A stretch of 64,000 nt of DNA from Candidatus Saccharimonadales bacterium (GCA_038211855.1 JBBQVE010000001.1:95309-159308), one strand, 5' to 3'; shown: positions 43,562 through 52,591, counted from the stretch's first letter. Numbers and translations are program-made. Notes: generated by a model not told the origin, from the sequence alone.

Positions 43562-45496
43562 GTGGCACGACCAGTCATTTTAGGAAACGGATCGTTGACA
43601 ATCGGCTTGAACGAGCACGGGTTGGTACATGATTTTTACTATCCGTATGTTGGGCTTGATAACTTAACAACAGCCCGCAGCGTGCACCATAAGATCGGTG
43701 TTTGGGTAAACGGAGCTTTTTCTTGGGTTGATGACGGCTCGTGGAAGACGACTGTAACGTTCGAGTCGGATGCGCTGATTAGTAATGTTTCGCTCGTGAA
43801 CGACCAACTAGGCGTCGAACTCACTTTGCATGACTTCGTCGATACCATCCACACTATATTTATTCGCGACATTCAAATCAAAAATAACAGGGGTGATGAG
43901 GCCGATATCCGTCTGTTCATGCATCAAGTCTTTGAAATTAGCCGCGGTGGGCGGGCCGATACTGCCCTGTTTGTGCCGGAAGAACACTATATCTTAGATT
44001 ATAAAGGCCGCTGCTGTTTGTTAATCTATGCTCAGGATGAATTTGGTGTGCCGTTTGATCAGTTTGCGGTTGGAAGTTACGGCATTGAAGGTAAAGAAGG
44101 CACTTTCCGTGATGCCGAAGACGGTGAGCTATCAGGTAGCGCCGTCGAGCATGGAGGCGTTGACTCAGTCATTCGTATGAGCTTTAAGGTTGCCCCAGGC
44201 AAAACGATCGGTGCTGAGTATTGGGTAGTAGCCGGAGACTCGCAAGCGGTGCTAGAGCGCACCCACAAACAGTTACTCAAAGACACTATCGAACACCGCC
44301 AAGCTAAGGTTCGAGCCTGGTGGAAGGAATGGTTCGCGCCTGCGACTGACAAGCTAGAAGCGATTGATGACAATTACCTTGACATTTTCAAGAAGTCTTT
44401 ACTCGTCATCAAGGCACATTGCGACCGCCGTGGTGGCATCATCGCCTCCTGTGATTCAAGTATCTATAACTACGGCCGCGATTATTATAGCTATGTCTGG
44501 CCGCGTGACGGTGCTTATGCCGTCTGGCCACTGATTCGTATCGGTATCTTTGACGAAGCCAAAAAGTTCTTCTTGTTCTGCCGCGACACCGCAACCGAAG
44601 AAGGATACATGATGCACAAATATCAGCCGGACCGCGCTATTGGCAGCACCTGGCATCCACTATTACACGGTCGACACAGCGAACTCGCAATTCAAGAAGA
44701 TGAAACCGCCTGCATTATCTTTATGTTAGGTGAATATCTTGATTACTCTAAGGATTTCGACTTCTGCGAAAATATCTTCGAAACTTATGTAAAGGCTGCT
44801 GCCGACTTTTTGGTTCGCTTTGTTGATGACCAGACCGGCCTGCCGCACGCCAGCTATGACTTGTGGGAAGAAAAGTTCCTGACGAGCACCTATTCGACAG
44901 CGATCACCTATAAGGCACTCAAAGTGGCGGCGCGTCTTGCGCATGAGTTTGGCTATGCCGAAGGCCAACACAACTGGGAACATGCCGCTACGGAACTCCT
45001 GAAGAACAACAGCGCCTTTTGGAATGAAGAACGCCAGATGTACCGCAAAGGATTCTTACTGCAAGAAGACAATACACTGCAGTTTGATAATGTGCTCGAT
45101 GTTTCTAGTATGTACGCCATGTTCATGTATGAGTTTGAGACTGATAAGCCTCGCTTGAAGGCGGCTTTGTCGACACTTGAAAATGAACTTCTCAACTCTG
45201 CTCCATCAGGTGGTGCACCACGCTATGAGTATGATCACTACTTTGCCGTCGACCCTGCGTACAAAGGAAATCCGTGGATTGTGACAACGCTTTGGATCGC
45301 GCAATTCTACGTTCGAATTGGTATGAATGAAGCAGCGCTTCATCTGGTTGACTGGGCGATTGAGCGAGCTTTACCGAGTGGCGTTCTAGCAGAGCAGTTC
45401 AATCCGTCAGACGGTAGCGCTCTGAGCGTCACTCCACTTGTCTGGAGTCACGCCGAGCTTGCCAACACACTGCTCGACCTTCACGGCACAGAATAG
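43562..45496 (+). CDS. Glycoside hydrolase family 15 (glucoamylase/glucodextranase-like)
   Basis: SYVWPRDGAY, LWEEKF, and the C-terminal (alpha/alpha)6-type region with PLVWSHAE. Confidence 0.85.
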   Translation: MARPVILGNGSLTIGLNEHGLVHDFYYPYVGLDNLTTARSVHHKIGVWVNGAFSWVDDGSWKTTVTFESDALISNVSLVNDQLGVELTLHDFVDTIHTIFIRDIQIKNNRGDEADIRLFMHQVFEISRGGRADTALFVPEEHYILDYKGRCCLLIYAQDEFGVPFDQFAVGSYGIEGKEGTFRDAEDGELSGSAVEHGGVDSVIRMSFKVAPGKTIGAEYWVVAGDSQAVLERTHKQLLKDTIEHRQAKVRAWWKEWFAPATDKLEAIDDNYLDIFKKSLLVIKAHCDRRGGIIASCDSSIYNYGRDYYSYVWPRDGAYAVWPLIRIGIFDEAKKFFLFCRDTATEEGYMMHKYQPDRAIGSTWHPLLHGRHSELAIQEDETACIIFMLGEYLDYSKDFDFCENIFETYVKAAADFLVRFVDDQTGLPHASYDLWEEKFLTSTYSTAITYKALKVAARLAHEFGYAEGQHNWEHAATELLKNNSAFWNEERQMYRKGFLLQEDNTLQFDNVLDVSSMYAMFMYEFETDKPRLKAALSTLENELLNSAPSGGAPRYEYDHYFAVDPAYKGNPWIVTTLWIAQFYVRIGMNEAALHLVDWAIERALPSGVLAEQFNPSDGSALSVTPLVWSHAELANTLLDLHGTE

Positions 45497-45500
45497 AATT

Positions 45501-45707
45501 CTAGCCCTTACGAGGTTTGACTTCGTTGCGACCGAGGTTCTTCTTGGTTTCTTCATACATGACGTGCTTACGCAACGTTGGATCGTACTTGCGAAGTTTA
45601 AGCTTGTCAGGAGTGTTCTGAGTGTTTTTGCGCGTGTAATATGTACGGTGACCACTTTCAGTGCTTACCATTCCGATTACTTTGCGCTTGTCGCCTTTTT
45701 TGGCCAT
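45501..45707 (-). CDS. rpmG: 50S ribosomal protein L33
   Basis: MAKKGDKRKVIGMVSTESGHRTYYTRKN...KLKLRKYDPTLRKHV. Confidence 0.93.
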   Translation of the reverse strand: MAKKGDKRKVIGMVSTESGHRTYYTRKNTQNTPDKLKLRKYDPTLRKHVMYEETKKNLGRNEVKPRKG

Positions 45708-45770
45708 GATTAATAAATCCTTTTGTCAAATTTTAGCAGATTTTGTATATTCGGTCAAACAGATACAGTA

Positions 45771-45845
45771 TGGAGCCGACACCGAGAGTTGAACTCGGGA
45801 CCCCAATCTTACCATGATTGTGCTCTACCACTGAGCTATGTCGGC
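45771..45845 (-). tRNA. tRNA-Thr (GGU)
   Basis: Minus strand GCCGACA...CAATC-ATGGTAA-GATTG...TGTCGGC-T-CCA. Confidence 0.93.
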
Positions 45846-46420
45846 AATAACCCAACTAGGATATCACGTAACTTCTTATTATGGTAATAAATGGTGACCA
45901 CGCCATATGTGCTTTTTTTACGATAAGTTCCAATAGATCCAGATATTGTGGTGTGTATAGCATAAAATTGTGACGACTTCACAGCAAGCGTATCGCACCA
46001 ATATTTTAAGGCTTGCATCGGATTGATATCCGTAAATATTTGAAGCCCAAAATGAAAATCGTCTTTTTTTACACCATACAATTCAATAAGGAATCGCATA
46101 AATGTGCTAAGCAGTAGTGGATCCGTATTGCCAAGTCGAACACTATATTTGTTAGCTCTCGTGCCCTCCCCCCAATACAAACCGACACCCATACCAAACA
46201 GTTCAGCATCCTTGCGGTTCTTAGGGGGAATAACTGTGAATGGATCACCTGTTGGATTAATTCTTTGATAAACAGCTTCACTTATTGATCGGCGTTTAAT
46301 TCCATATACGTTCATCCAATACGTAACTCGATTTGCAGAGCACCCCAGCAAAACCGAAATCTGTTTAACGGACAATTTCTGCTCATTGTACTGCTTTAGT
46401 AAGTATTCCAGTTCAATCAT
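45836..46420 (-). CDS. HTH plus LAGLIDADG-like homing-endonuclease-family protein (free-standing)
   Basis: N-terminal HTH (SVKQISVLLGCSANRVTYW) and FGMGVGLYWGEGT, which resembles a LAGLIDADG block. The last 10 nt overlap the 5' end of tRNA-Thr(GGU). Confidence 0.5.
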   Translation of the reverse strand: MIELEYLLKQYNEQKLSVKQISVLLGCSANRVTYWMNVYGIKRRSISEAVYQRINPTGDPFTVIPPKNRKDAELFGMGVGLYWGEGTRANKYSVRLGNTDPLLLSTFMRFLIELYGVKKDDFHFGLQIFTDINPMQALKYWCDTLAVKSSQFYAIHTTISGSIGTYRKKSTYGVVTIYYHNKKLRDILVGLLPT

Positions 46421-46520
46421 GGTGGATCTATTGTACTACATAGCTATGGTATACCATGACCTAAAGAGAGGTATGGTTGTAGAAGAGACTTTACTTTGAT
46501 ACAATTGCTCACTGAACGTT

Positions 46521-46595
46521 GCCGAAGTAGCTCAGTGGTAGAGCGGCTGTTTTGTAAACAGCGGGTCGCAGGTTCAAATCCTGTCTTCGGCTCCA
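46521..46595 (+). tRNA. tRNA-Thr (UGU)
   Basis: GCCGAAG acceptor, anticodon loop TTTGTAA, encoded CCA. Confidence 0.93.
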
Positions 46596-46607
46596 TAATT
46601 AAAATGT

Positions 46608-46693
46608 GCAGAGGTAGTGAAGCGGTCAAACACAACAGACTGTAAATCTGTCGGCATTCGCCTTCGAAGGTTCGAATCCTTCCCTCTGCACCA
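46608..46693 (+). tRNA. tRNA-Tyr (GUA), long variable arm
   Basis: GCAGAGG acceptor, ACAGA-CTGTAAA-TCTGT anticodon arm, extra arm, encoded CCA. Confidence 0.93.
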
Positions 46694-46701
46694 AACAGTA
46701 T

Positions 46702-46725
46702 GCCCACCCTCAAAGTGGGCTTTTT
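46702..46725 (+). terminator. Terminator after tRNA-Tyr
   Basis: GCCCAC-CCTCAAA-GTGGGC followed by TTTTT. Confidence 0.75.
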
Positions 46726-46758
46726 GTTTGGTGCATGTAGAACTCACAATATTTCTAA

Positions 46759-47412
46759 CTACACCACGACGCGCTTTGGTCGCATAATTCTCTTCGGATG
46801 ACCGGCAGGTGTTATGAGCGTTTGGAGGCGCTTTTCGATAGCTGCTGCCTGCTCTTCCATACCCCTGTTCTCGTAAGCTCTGAACAAGAGCGTAAATGAT
46901 TCCCTGTTCGGTTCGAGTTCGGCTGCTTTTTCGAGTTCATCAAGGACGATTTTGTCATTACCGAGCTTTTCATGGACCTTGGCATACGCAATGTGGCGAG
47001 CGGCGAGGCCATCTTCTAGTTTGAGCGCTTGTTCGAAAGCAGCCGCAGCCTTTTCATAATTCTCTGTTTCGAGGTAAATAAGGCCGAGGTTGTGAAGAGA
47101 CGAGGCGGTTGGTTCGATGCTGCTAGCGATTTCAAAACAGTCGATAGCGTCGCGATATTCCTTTTGTTTGGCATACAGAATGCCGAGTCGGTTATAGGCG
47201 GCAGCGTTCTTCTGGTCCATTTTGAGGATGGTGAGCAGGGCTTTTTCGGCACGTAACAAACGGTTCTCGCGCATGCCTTGGTGAGCTACTTCCCAAAGTC
47301 GACCAAGCTGGTCAGATATCTTCAAAGGGATAGGCGAAAGTTCGCTGTCACGGGAGCGGCTGCTCGACAGGGCTAGAAGCGCACATAGGATAACAAGTGC
47401 TAATCCAATCAT
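46759..47412 (-). CDS. TPR-repeat protein with an N-terminal TM/signal anchor
   Basis: Several 34-aa TPR units (AAAYNRLGILYAKQKEYRDAIDCFEIA...). Confidence 0.8.
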   Translation of the reverse strand: MIGLALVILCALLALSSSRSRDSELSPIPLKISDQLGRLWEVAHQGMRENRLLRAEKALLTILKMDQKNAAAYNRLGILYAKQKEYRDAIDCFEIASSIEPTASSLHNLGLIYLETENYEKAAAAFEQALKLEDGLAARHIAYAKVHEKLGNDKIVLDELEKAAELEPNRESFTLLFRAYENRGMEEQAAAIEKRLQTLITPAGHPKRIMRPKRVVV

Positions 47413-47434
47413 ATGGTTCTTTAAGTATAACCCC

Positions 47435-48268
47435 TTAACGCAGATTCAAGAAGAGCTCATCGAGAGCCAGCTTGGCTTGGACGTTAGCCTCAAGCTTTTT
47501 TAGCGTTTCAGCGCAGAGTCTGCTATTGCGCACCCAGCGCTCGGTAGCTCGACCACTTTGGAGGGCAGCGGTACAGACGCGTAAAAGTGCCATAACGATG
47601 CTGTGGGCAGCTTCACGTCCCTTAAACAAGGAATCAACTTGCTTTAAGCGGTCATAGGGGGTCGCTGCCAGTAGCTGTTTGGCTGTCTCAATTGATACAA
47701 CAAGCGGATGTTCATTGTTTGTCTGTAATTCCTGGAGTAGTCCGGCATGTCCAGCGCTCAAGTGATACTTTCTCGTTAAGTCTGCAGATGTATCACCAAA
47801 AAACTCCTGTGCCTGCGTTAGCGATATCGGTAGTACGTCAATGTTTACACAGCGTGAACTAATCGTCGGTAGAATTTTTGACGGCTCGTGGGCTAGCACT
47901 ATGAACAAAACGCCGCGCGGCGGTTCCTCGAGTAGCTTCAACAAGGCGTTTTGGGCCTCTGCTTGCATGGCTTCTGCGGAGTTGATGACGACACAGATTG
48001 AGACTTCGTTCGAGACAGAATTACGAAGCTTTAGTCGTCTGCTGAGTGCTCGAATATCATCAATCGGAATCGTACCTTTTTCGTTAGGTTCAACCGCTAT
48101 GAGTGCATCAGCATCGGGTGCATTAGCAGTTAATGATTTTCTAACGAAGCTCGCAATTATCTGTAAACCACTTCCCTGCTGCCCTAACAAAAGTAGGGCA
48201 TGCGACGGTCGTATCAAAAAGCCATTTATCCGTTTTCTGGTAAGTGTATTAAGTAACAGATCAGCCAT
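47435..48268 (-). CDS. holB: DNA polymerase III delta' subunit (HolB-like)
   Basis: AQNALLKLLEEPP and SRC motifs. ATG 48268 lies just after the rluD-like stop; the track ORF extends to 48379. Confidence 0.75.
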   Translation of the reverse strand: MADLLLNTLTRKRINGFLIRPSHALLLLGQQGSGLQIIASFVRKSLTANAPDADALIAVEPNEKGTIPIDDIRALSRRLKLRNSVSNEVSICVVINSAEAMQAEAQNALLKLLEEPPRGVLFIVLAHEPSKILPTISSRCVNIDVLPISLTQAQEFFGDTSADLTRKYHLSAGHAGLLQELQTNNEHPLVVSIETAKQLLAATPYDRLKQVDSLFKGREAAHSIVMALLRVCTAALQSGRATERWVRNSRLCAETLKKLEANVQAKLALDELFLNLR

Positions 48269-49145
48269 GATCAAACCTTGTAGCAAAGTCATTTGGCAAC
48301 GGCGCTTCAAAGGTGTGCATGGTGTCGTCGGGCAAACGGATTGTGAGTTTATGCGCGTGAAGATACATGCGCGGTTCATTTTTGTCGTCGCTGTACAGGA
48401 TATCGCCGATTATTGGGTGGCCGATGTGCTCCATATGGAGGCGGAGTTGGTGTGTTCTGCCTGTCAGCGGATGCAAGTCTATCATTGAGACGGTTTTGTT
48501 GCTTTTGACGATTTTATAGATGGTCTCAGCGTGTTTACCGGCCTTATCTACCTTGAACTGCTGGGGAATTTTTGGGTTGCGCGCTAAAGCAGCGATGATA
48601 TGTGCTTCTTCAACATCAGGCGTACCATGGACCAAGGCAACATATTCTTTTTGGACTTTCTTATCGGAAAATTCCTTCTGCAGGAACGTTTGAGCTACTT
48701 GGTTGCGGGCAGCAATCATGACGCCGCTGGTGGCACGATCCAGGCGGTGTACGATGCCGGCTCGTTCGCCGACCATATCTTTGGTTTTATCCCTGATAAA
48801 CGAGGCAACTGAGGCTTCTTGCCAAAAACGGCCACGGGCGTGACTGATGATGCCGGCGGGCTTGTCGACAACTATCACATCTTCATTCTCAAAAATAACG
48901 GGTAAATCAATCACATCCGGCTCTTGCTCGAGTGGACTCAGATTGGCTTTCATGACCTGCCCTATCTTGAGTTTATCGCCAGGGCGGCCCGGTTCGCCGT
49001 CTATCGTGATATTGCCCATATCAAACAATTTCTTGAGGGCAGCACGACTGTACTGGGTAAAGGCATCAGCCAAGACGACATCAGCTCGCTTTCGGGCCGT
49101 CGTTTCGTCGATCGTCAGATCCATGGCGTGTGCGAGGTCAGGCAC
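48261..49145 (-). CDS. RluA-family 23S rRNA pseudouridine synthase (RluD-like) with an S4 domain
   Basis: HRLDRATSGVMIAARN catalytic motif. Confidence 0.9.
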   Translation of the reverse strand: MPDLAHAMDLTIDETTARKRADVVLADAFTQYSRAALKKLFDMGNITIDGEPGRPGDKLKIGQVMKANLSPLEQEPDVIDLPVIFENEDVIVVDKPAGIISHARGRFWQEASVASFIRDKTKDMVGERAGIVHRLDRATSGVMIAARNQVAQTFLQKEFSDKKVQKEYVALVHGTPDVEEAHIIAALARNPKIPQQFKVDKAGKHAETIYKIVKSNKTVSMIDLHPLTGRTHQLRLHMEHIGHPIIGDILYSDDKNEPRMYLHAHKLTIRLPDDTMHTFEAPLPNDFATRFDHG

Positions 49146-50169
49146 GGAGACCTACGGCTTTTTGTACCTTAAATAGCGTGTTATTGGCGACCTTATTCAT
49201 GGTGATTTCATCTTCCTCGAGCTTTTTGTGAATCTCCTGCACACTTGTCTTGGCGAGTTTAGCCTGGAAATCCGTCAAAAAGTCCTTGATAAACCCGGCG
49301 ACCTCCGTTTTTAGGGGGCCATATTGGGCCTGTCCTTGCCACTTTTCAATATATTCAGCAACGTGCTGAGCGCTCAAAAGAGCACCGATTTGGAGCAGAT
49401 TACTAATACCGGGTCGTTCTTTGAAGTTGAACTGAATATCGGCAAAACTATCGGTTGTGGCACTCATAATCTTTTTAGCAGCCGCTTCCGGTGCATCGGT
49501 CATTAGAATGGTTCCGGCTGGGTCCTCGACACTCTTACTCATCTTCTTTTCGGGATTTCGCAGTGAGCGGATACGGATGCTTTCGTCACGACCGGTAAAC
49601 GCGACCTGCTTTTTCCATTCGGGCGGCACAACGAATAACTCACCGAATTTACTGTTAAGGCGTAAGGCGAGATCGCGCGTGAGTTCAAGATGCTGTCTCT
49701 GGTCATCACCAAGCGGAACATAGGTGGCGTTGTAGAGTAGGATATCCGCTGCCATGAGGATCGGATAATTGAACTGACCAACGGAAACTGTTTCGTTACC
49801 GATTTTGGCGGATTTATCTTTGAACTCAATCATGCGGCTGGCCTCGCCAAAATAGGTGAAGCAATCCAATATCCAGGCAAGCTCGCTATGGGCTGGCACA
49901 TAACTTTGGCGGTAAATGAAAGTGTCTTTATCTTCAATATCGAGTCCGGCAGCCACGAAAACTTGCAGATTTGCCATGATGTTACCCAGTAGCTTACTGT
50001 GGTCAATCGGCGTAGTAAAGCTATGCAAGTCAGGAATGAACATGTTGACCTGATATTTGCCGGCGTATTTCTTTTGGAGTTCGACCATCGGCAAAATCGC
50101 CCCTAGGTAGTTACCGAGGTGGAATTCGCTGTTTGCTCGAAGCCCCGTTAATATGACTGGTTTACTCAT
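49138..50169 (-). CDS. trpS: Tryptophan--tRNA ligase
   Basis: FHLGNYLGA (HIGH-like) and KMSKS. ATG 50169 lies 12 nt after a minus-strand TGCTATAAT (50190..50182); the track ORF extends to 50202. Confidence 0.93.
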   Translation of the reverse strand: MSKPVILTGLRANSEFHLGNYLGAILPMVELQKKYAGKYQVNMFIPDLHSFTTPIDHSKLLGNIMANLQVFVAAGLDIEDKDTFIYRQSYVPAHSELAWILDCFTYFGEASRMIEFKDKSAKIGNETVSVGQFNYPILMAADILLYNATYVPLGDDQRQHLELTRDLALRLNSKFGELFVVPPEWKKQVAFTGRDESIRIRSLRNPEKKMSKSVEDPAGTILMTDAPEAAAKKIMSATTDSFADIQFNFKERPGISNLLQIGALLSAQHVAEYIEKWQGQAQYGPLKTEVAGFIKDFLTDFQAKLAKTSVQEIHKKLEEDEITMNKVANNTLFKVQKAVGLRA

Positions 50170-50205
50170 CGTAGTGGTCTCATTATAGCAAGAACTGTTC
50201 AAGAG

Positions 50206-51072
50206 CTAGGCCTCCATCCTCAAGATAGCCTCAAAGTGCTGCAAATCACGCTCAACCTGATAACTGTGAGCGGTACAATTACTATCATTGCCGGCCAAAA
50301 CGTCGTCTAACAGCTGCTCGCCCCCACTACCTATTGAAAAGGGCGATATGACATGTTGCGTGAGCACCTGAACAGATGGGACTGTAAGGCTAGCGGGCAT
50401 TATGTTCCCCACTCCGCTGCATGCCGCATGCGTGAGGCGATCCTGCTCAGGACCTACCGTGACAATTCGCTTCGGGGAGACAATATTGGCCGCATTGAAG
50501 AGTGTATGAAGGTGCAGGAACTTTGTGTGAGTCCCTGTAAACCTAGCGCCTATAAAATCAGCGGGGTTTCCGCCGTGTCGCTGCGCACGCTCATACAACT
50601 TCCGCCTAATGTAATAGTCGGTGCTCATATATCGTTCTACGATAGGTTCCATAGTATTAATATGCTCTGGGGTGGTGTCTTCAGCAAAAATTGTTTTTTC
50701 AGATATGTCGGGCATGTTTCTATGGAGGAGAGCTGATCCAAAGAGCGCTAATTTTTTAAATTGTGGCAGTGAATCGACTAGGGCAACCCCGTTCACTTGT
50801 TCTCCAACTTTTGCAGTGTGGATTATCTGTAACTGCTCAATAGGTACGAGCTGTGCTATACGAGCTGCCGAAAGTAGCAAAGTAGCCGCACGCATAGGCA
50901 TCTGCTTCTTAGCATCGACGAAGACCCTTAAGACATTTCCTTCTCCGCCTGAATGTTCAAGTACTTCTTCAAAGGCTGGTTTGTCTGCTTTTATGACGCT
51001 TTCGACGTATGCCAATTCGTCTTTAACGAGCTGTTTACTCATCCGTGAAGCGCGTGGTGTTAAGTCTTTCAT
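50206..51072 (-). CDS. Hypothetical protein (288 aa from ATG 51072)
   Basis: SD AAGGA lies 8 nt upstream of ATG 51072. No recognised motif. Confidence 0.55.
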   Translation of the reverse strand: MKDLTPRASRMSKQLVKDELAYVESVIKADKPAFEEVLEHSGGEGNVLRVFVDAKKQMPMRAATLLLSAARIAQLVPIEQLQIIHTAKVGEQVNGVALVDSLPQFKKLALFGSALLHRNMPDISEKTIFAEDTTPEHINTMEPIVERYMSTDYYIRRKLYERAQRHGGNPADFIGARFTGTHTKFLHLHTLFNAANIVSPKRIVTVGPEQDRLTHAACSGVGNIMPASLTVPSVQVLTQHVISPFSIGSGGEQLLDDVLAGNDSNCTAHSYQVERDLQHFEAILRMEA

Positions 51073-51252
51073 AGTAAAATTCCTTTTCAAAAATGTATTA
51101 AATTTAAATGTCCGTCACGTGTATCCGGTGACGGACTATTCAATGCATTCGAATTTTTACAAACAAACAGAATAAACCATCACGGTGGAGAGATGGTGAG
51201 CCAATAGCCTTTGATTATAATTCGTAGTGTAAACATTGTTTTGTCTTTAGGT

Positions 51253-51552
51253 CTACAGAAATTCACCTGTAGCAATATTAATTGTAATAGGTGGCGAGTC
51301 GGGTACTTCTGTGGGAGGTTCAAGCGGTCCGGTGAGCAGCAAAGCAAGCTCTCCAGCTTTAGCACGGATCTCTTTATGAAAATCTATTCGTTCCCAGCTC
51401 GTCAGATGACCTATGGAACATTCGGCAAGCGACATAAGATGCGTCGCTATGTTAGGCCGTATGTCGCTCGCCTTAATCACGCCATTCTTATAGGCATCTT
51501 TGATACTTTGAGGGATTTGTTCGATTGGATTGGGTTCTATTTCATCAGTCAT
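51253..51552 (-). CDS. Hypothetical protein (99 aa)
   Basis: ORF overlapping the upstream gene's stop by 4 nt, suggesting translational coupling. Confidence 0.5.
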   Translation of the reverse strand: MTDEIEPNPIEQIPQSIKDAYKNGVIKASDIRPNIATHLMSLAECSIGHLTSWERIDFHKEIRAKAGELALLLTGPLEPPTEVPDSPPITINIATGEFL

Positions 51553-52379
51553 GGTACTTTCACCTTTTTCGGTGCTCTTATTGGAGGTATGAGTTCGATA
51601 TGGTAGCCTTCCCGCTCAATCCCTCTAAGTGCACATCTCGTATCAAATTTACGTGTTTTTGGGTCGAGTACAAAGTAAAAACCTCTGTTAAAGTCTGTGT
51701 CTTCTGGCGCATTCCGCCGTGCCATATTGATGAGGTTGACAGTCTTAAGATGATTCAACACTCTGTCAAGTGATCCTATTCTGTGGTCAGTCAGCACATA
51801 GAGCGTTTCTGCTTTGTGTGGTCGTTTTAGACCCTTTTGACCGGGCCAATTGTCATGTAGCGGTGTCGCAAGTTGTTTTGACCGGGTCGGAATAACTTCT
51901 AGTGTACTGATAGGTGTATAAGATCCCAGAATGACCGGCGCGAGTCCTTTTAGCCTCATTTGATTGAGCGCACGCTTTACGACGCCGTCGTGCTGTTCGA
52001 GCTCAGCAAAGAAGGCGCGGTGATGCGTATCTTTTGGAGCGAGATGGCTATCAATGTCAGTAATATTTACGCCGTTTTTTCTCAGAATATTTGTTGTTGT
52101 TCGTAAACCGCCCGCTTCGTCAGGTACTTCAAAGGTAATTGCGGTGTGGGTGCCTTCTTGCTCATGGCCTTTTTGCAAAGGATGTACAACCCAGAACTTT
52201 GTGGCATTATGGGGTGAGTCATCAAATTCTGCGTTGGTCTGAAAACGATTTAGCAACTCATCATGTGTAGCGACAGGAACGAGCTCCACTCCTTGTAATG
52301 ATTGCCCATAGTAAACACGAGCCGCTTCTTCGTGGAAGGAGCCGCCTAACGCCTCTGCTTGGATACCTACTAACTTCAT
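51549..52379 (-). CDS. Prephenate-dehydratase-derived protein: a truncated PDT remnant plus two ACT-like domains
   Basis: N-terminal MKLVGIQAEALGGSFHEEAA matches the PheA start. NATKFWVV matches the PDT C-terminal N.TRF.V block. FEVPDEAGGLRTTTNILRKNGVNITDIDS is ACT-like, as is the second YVLTDHRIGSLDRVLNHLKTVNLINM. The central roughly 100 aa of the PDT catalytic core appear absent. Confidence 0.5.
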   Translation of the reverse strand: MKLVGIQAEALGGSFHEEAARVYYGQSLQGVELVPVATHDELLNRFQTNAEFDDSPHNATKFWVVHPLQKGHEQEGTHTAITFEVPDEAGGLRTTTNILRKNGVNITDIDSHLAPKDTHHRAFFAELEQHDGVVKRALNQMRLKGLAPVILGSYTPISTLEVIPTRSKQLATPLHDNWPGQKGLKRPHKAETLYVLTDHRIGSLDRVLNHLKTVNLINMARRNAPEDTDFNRGFYFVLDPKTRKFDTRCALRGIEREGYHIELIPPIRAPKKVKVP

Positions 52380-52386
52380 ATTTATT

Positions 52387-52408
52387 AAAAAACCGCCTTG
52401 TTGGCGGT
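52387..52408 (-). terminator. Hairpin plus U6 (attenuator terminator of leader C)
   Basis: Minus strand ACCGCC-AACAA-GGCGGU followed by UUUUUU, ending 7 nt before the ATG at 52379. Confidence 0.75.
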
Positions 52409-52432
52409 CTGTGCTTTCTTCTCAAAACTTAT

Positions 52433-52528
52433 TTATTGAATTACAAAAACCGCTGGAGTTGACTCCGTAAACCAAAAGTAGCTGTTATAGCGGTTTAAAT
52501 TGCTCATCCAACAGATAGTAGCACACAT
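52433..52528 (-). CDS. Candidate leader peptide C, MCATICWMSNLNRYNSYFWFTESTPAVFVIQ
   Basis: 31 codons with an alternative start at ATG 52507. Contains the run UAU AAC AGC UAC UUU UGG UUU. No clear SD. Confidence 0.4.
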   Translation of the reverse strand: MCATICWMSNLNRYNSYFWFTESTPAVFVIQ

Positions 52529-52541
52529 TATTGCCAAAAAC

Positions 52542-52573
52542 AAAAAACTTCCCGTTTGGCTGGGAAGTTTTTT
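52542..52573. terminator. Terminator after rpsI
   Basis: AAAAAACTTCCC-GTTTGGCT-GGGAAGTTTTTT. Confidence 0.85.
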
Positions 52574-52591
52574 GCAGTTCTTTGACGTAAT

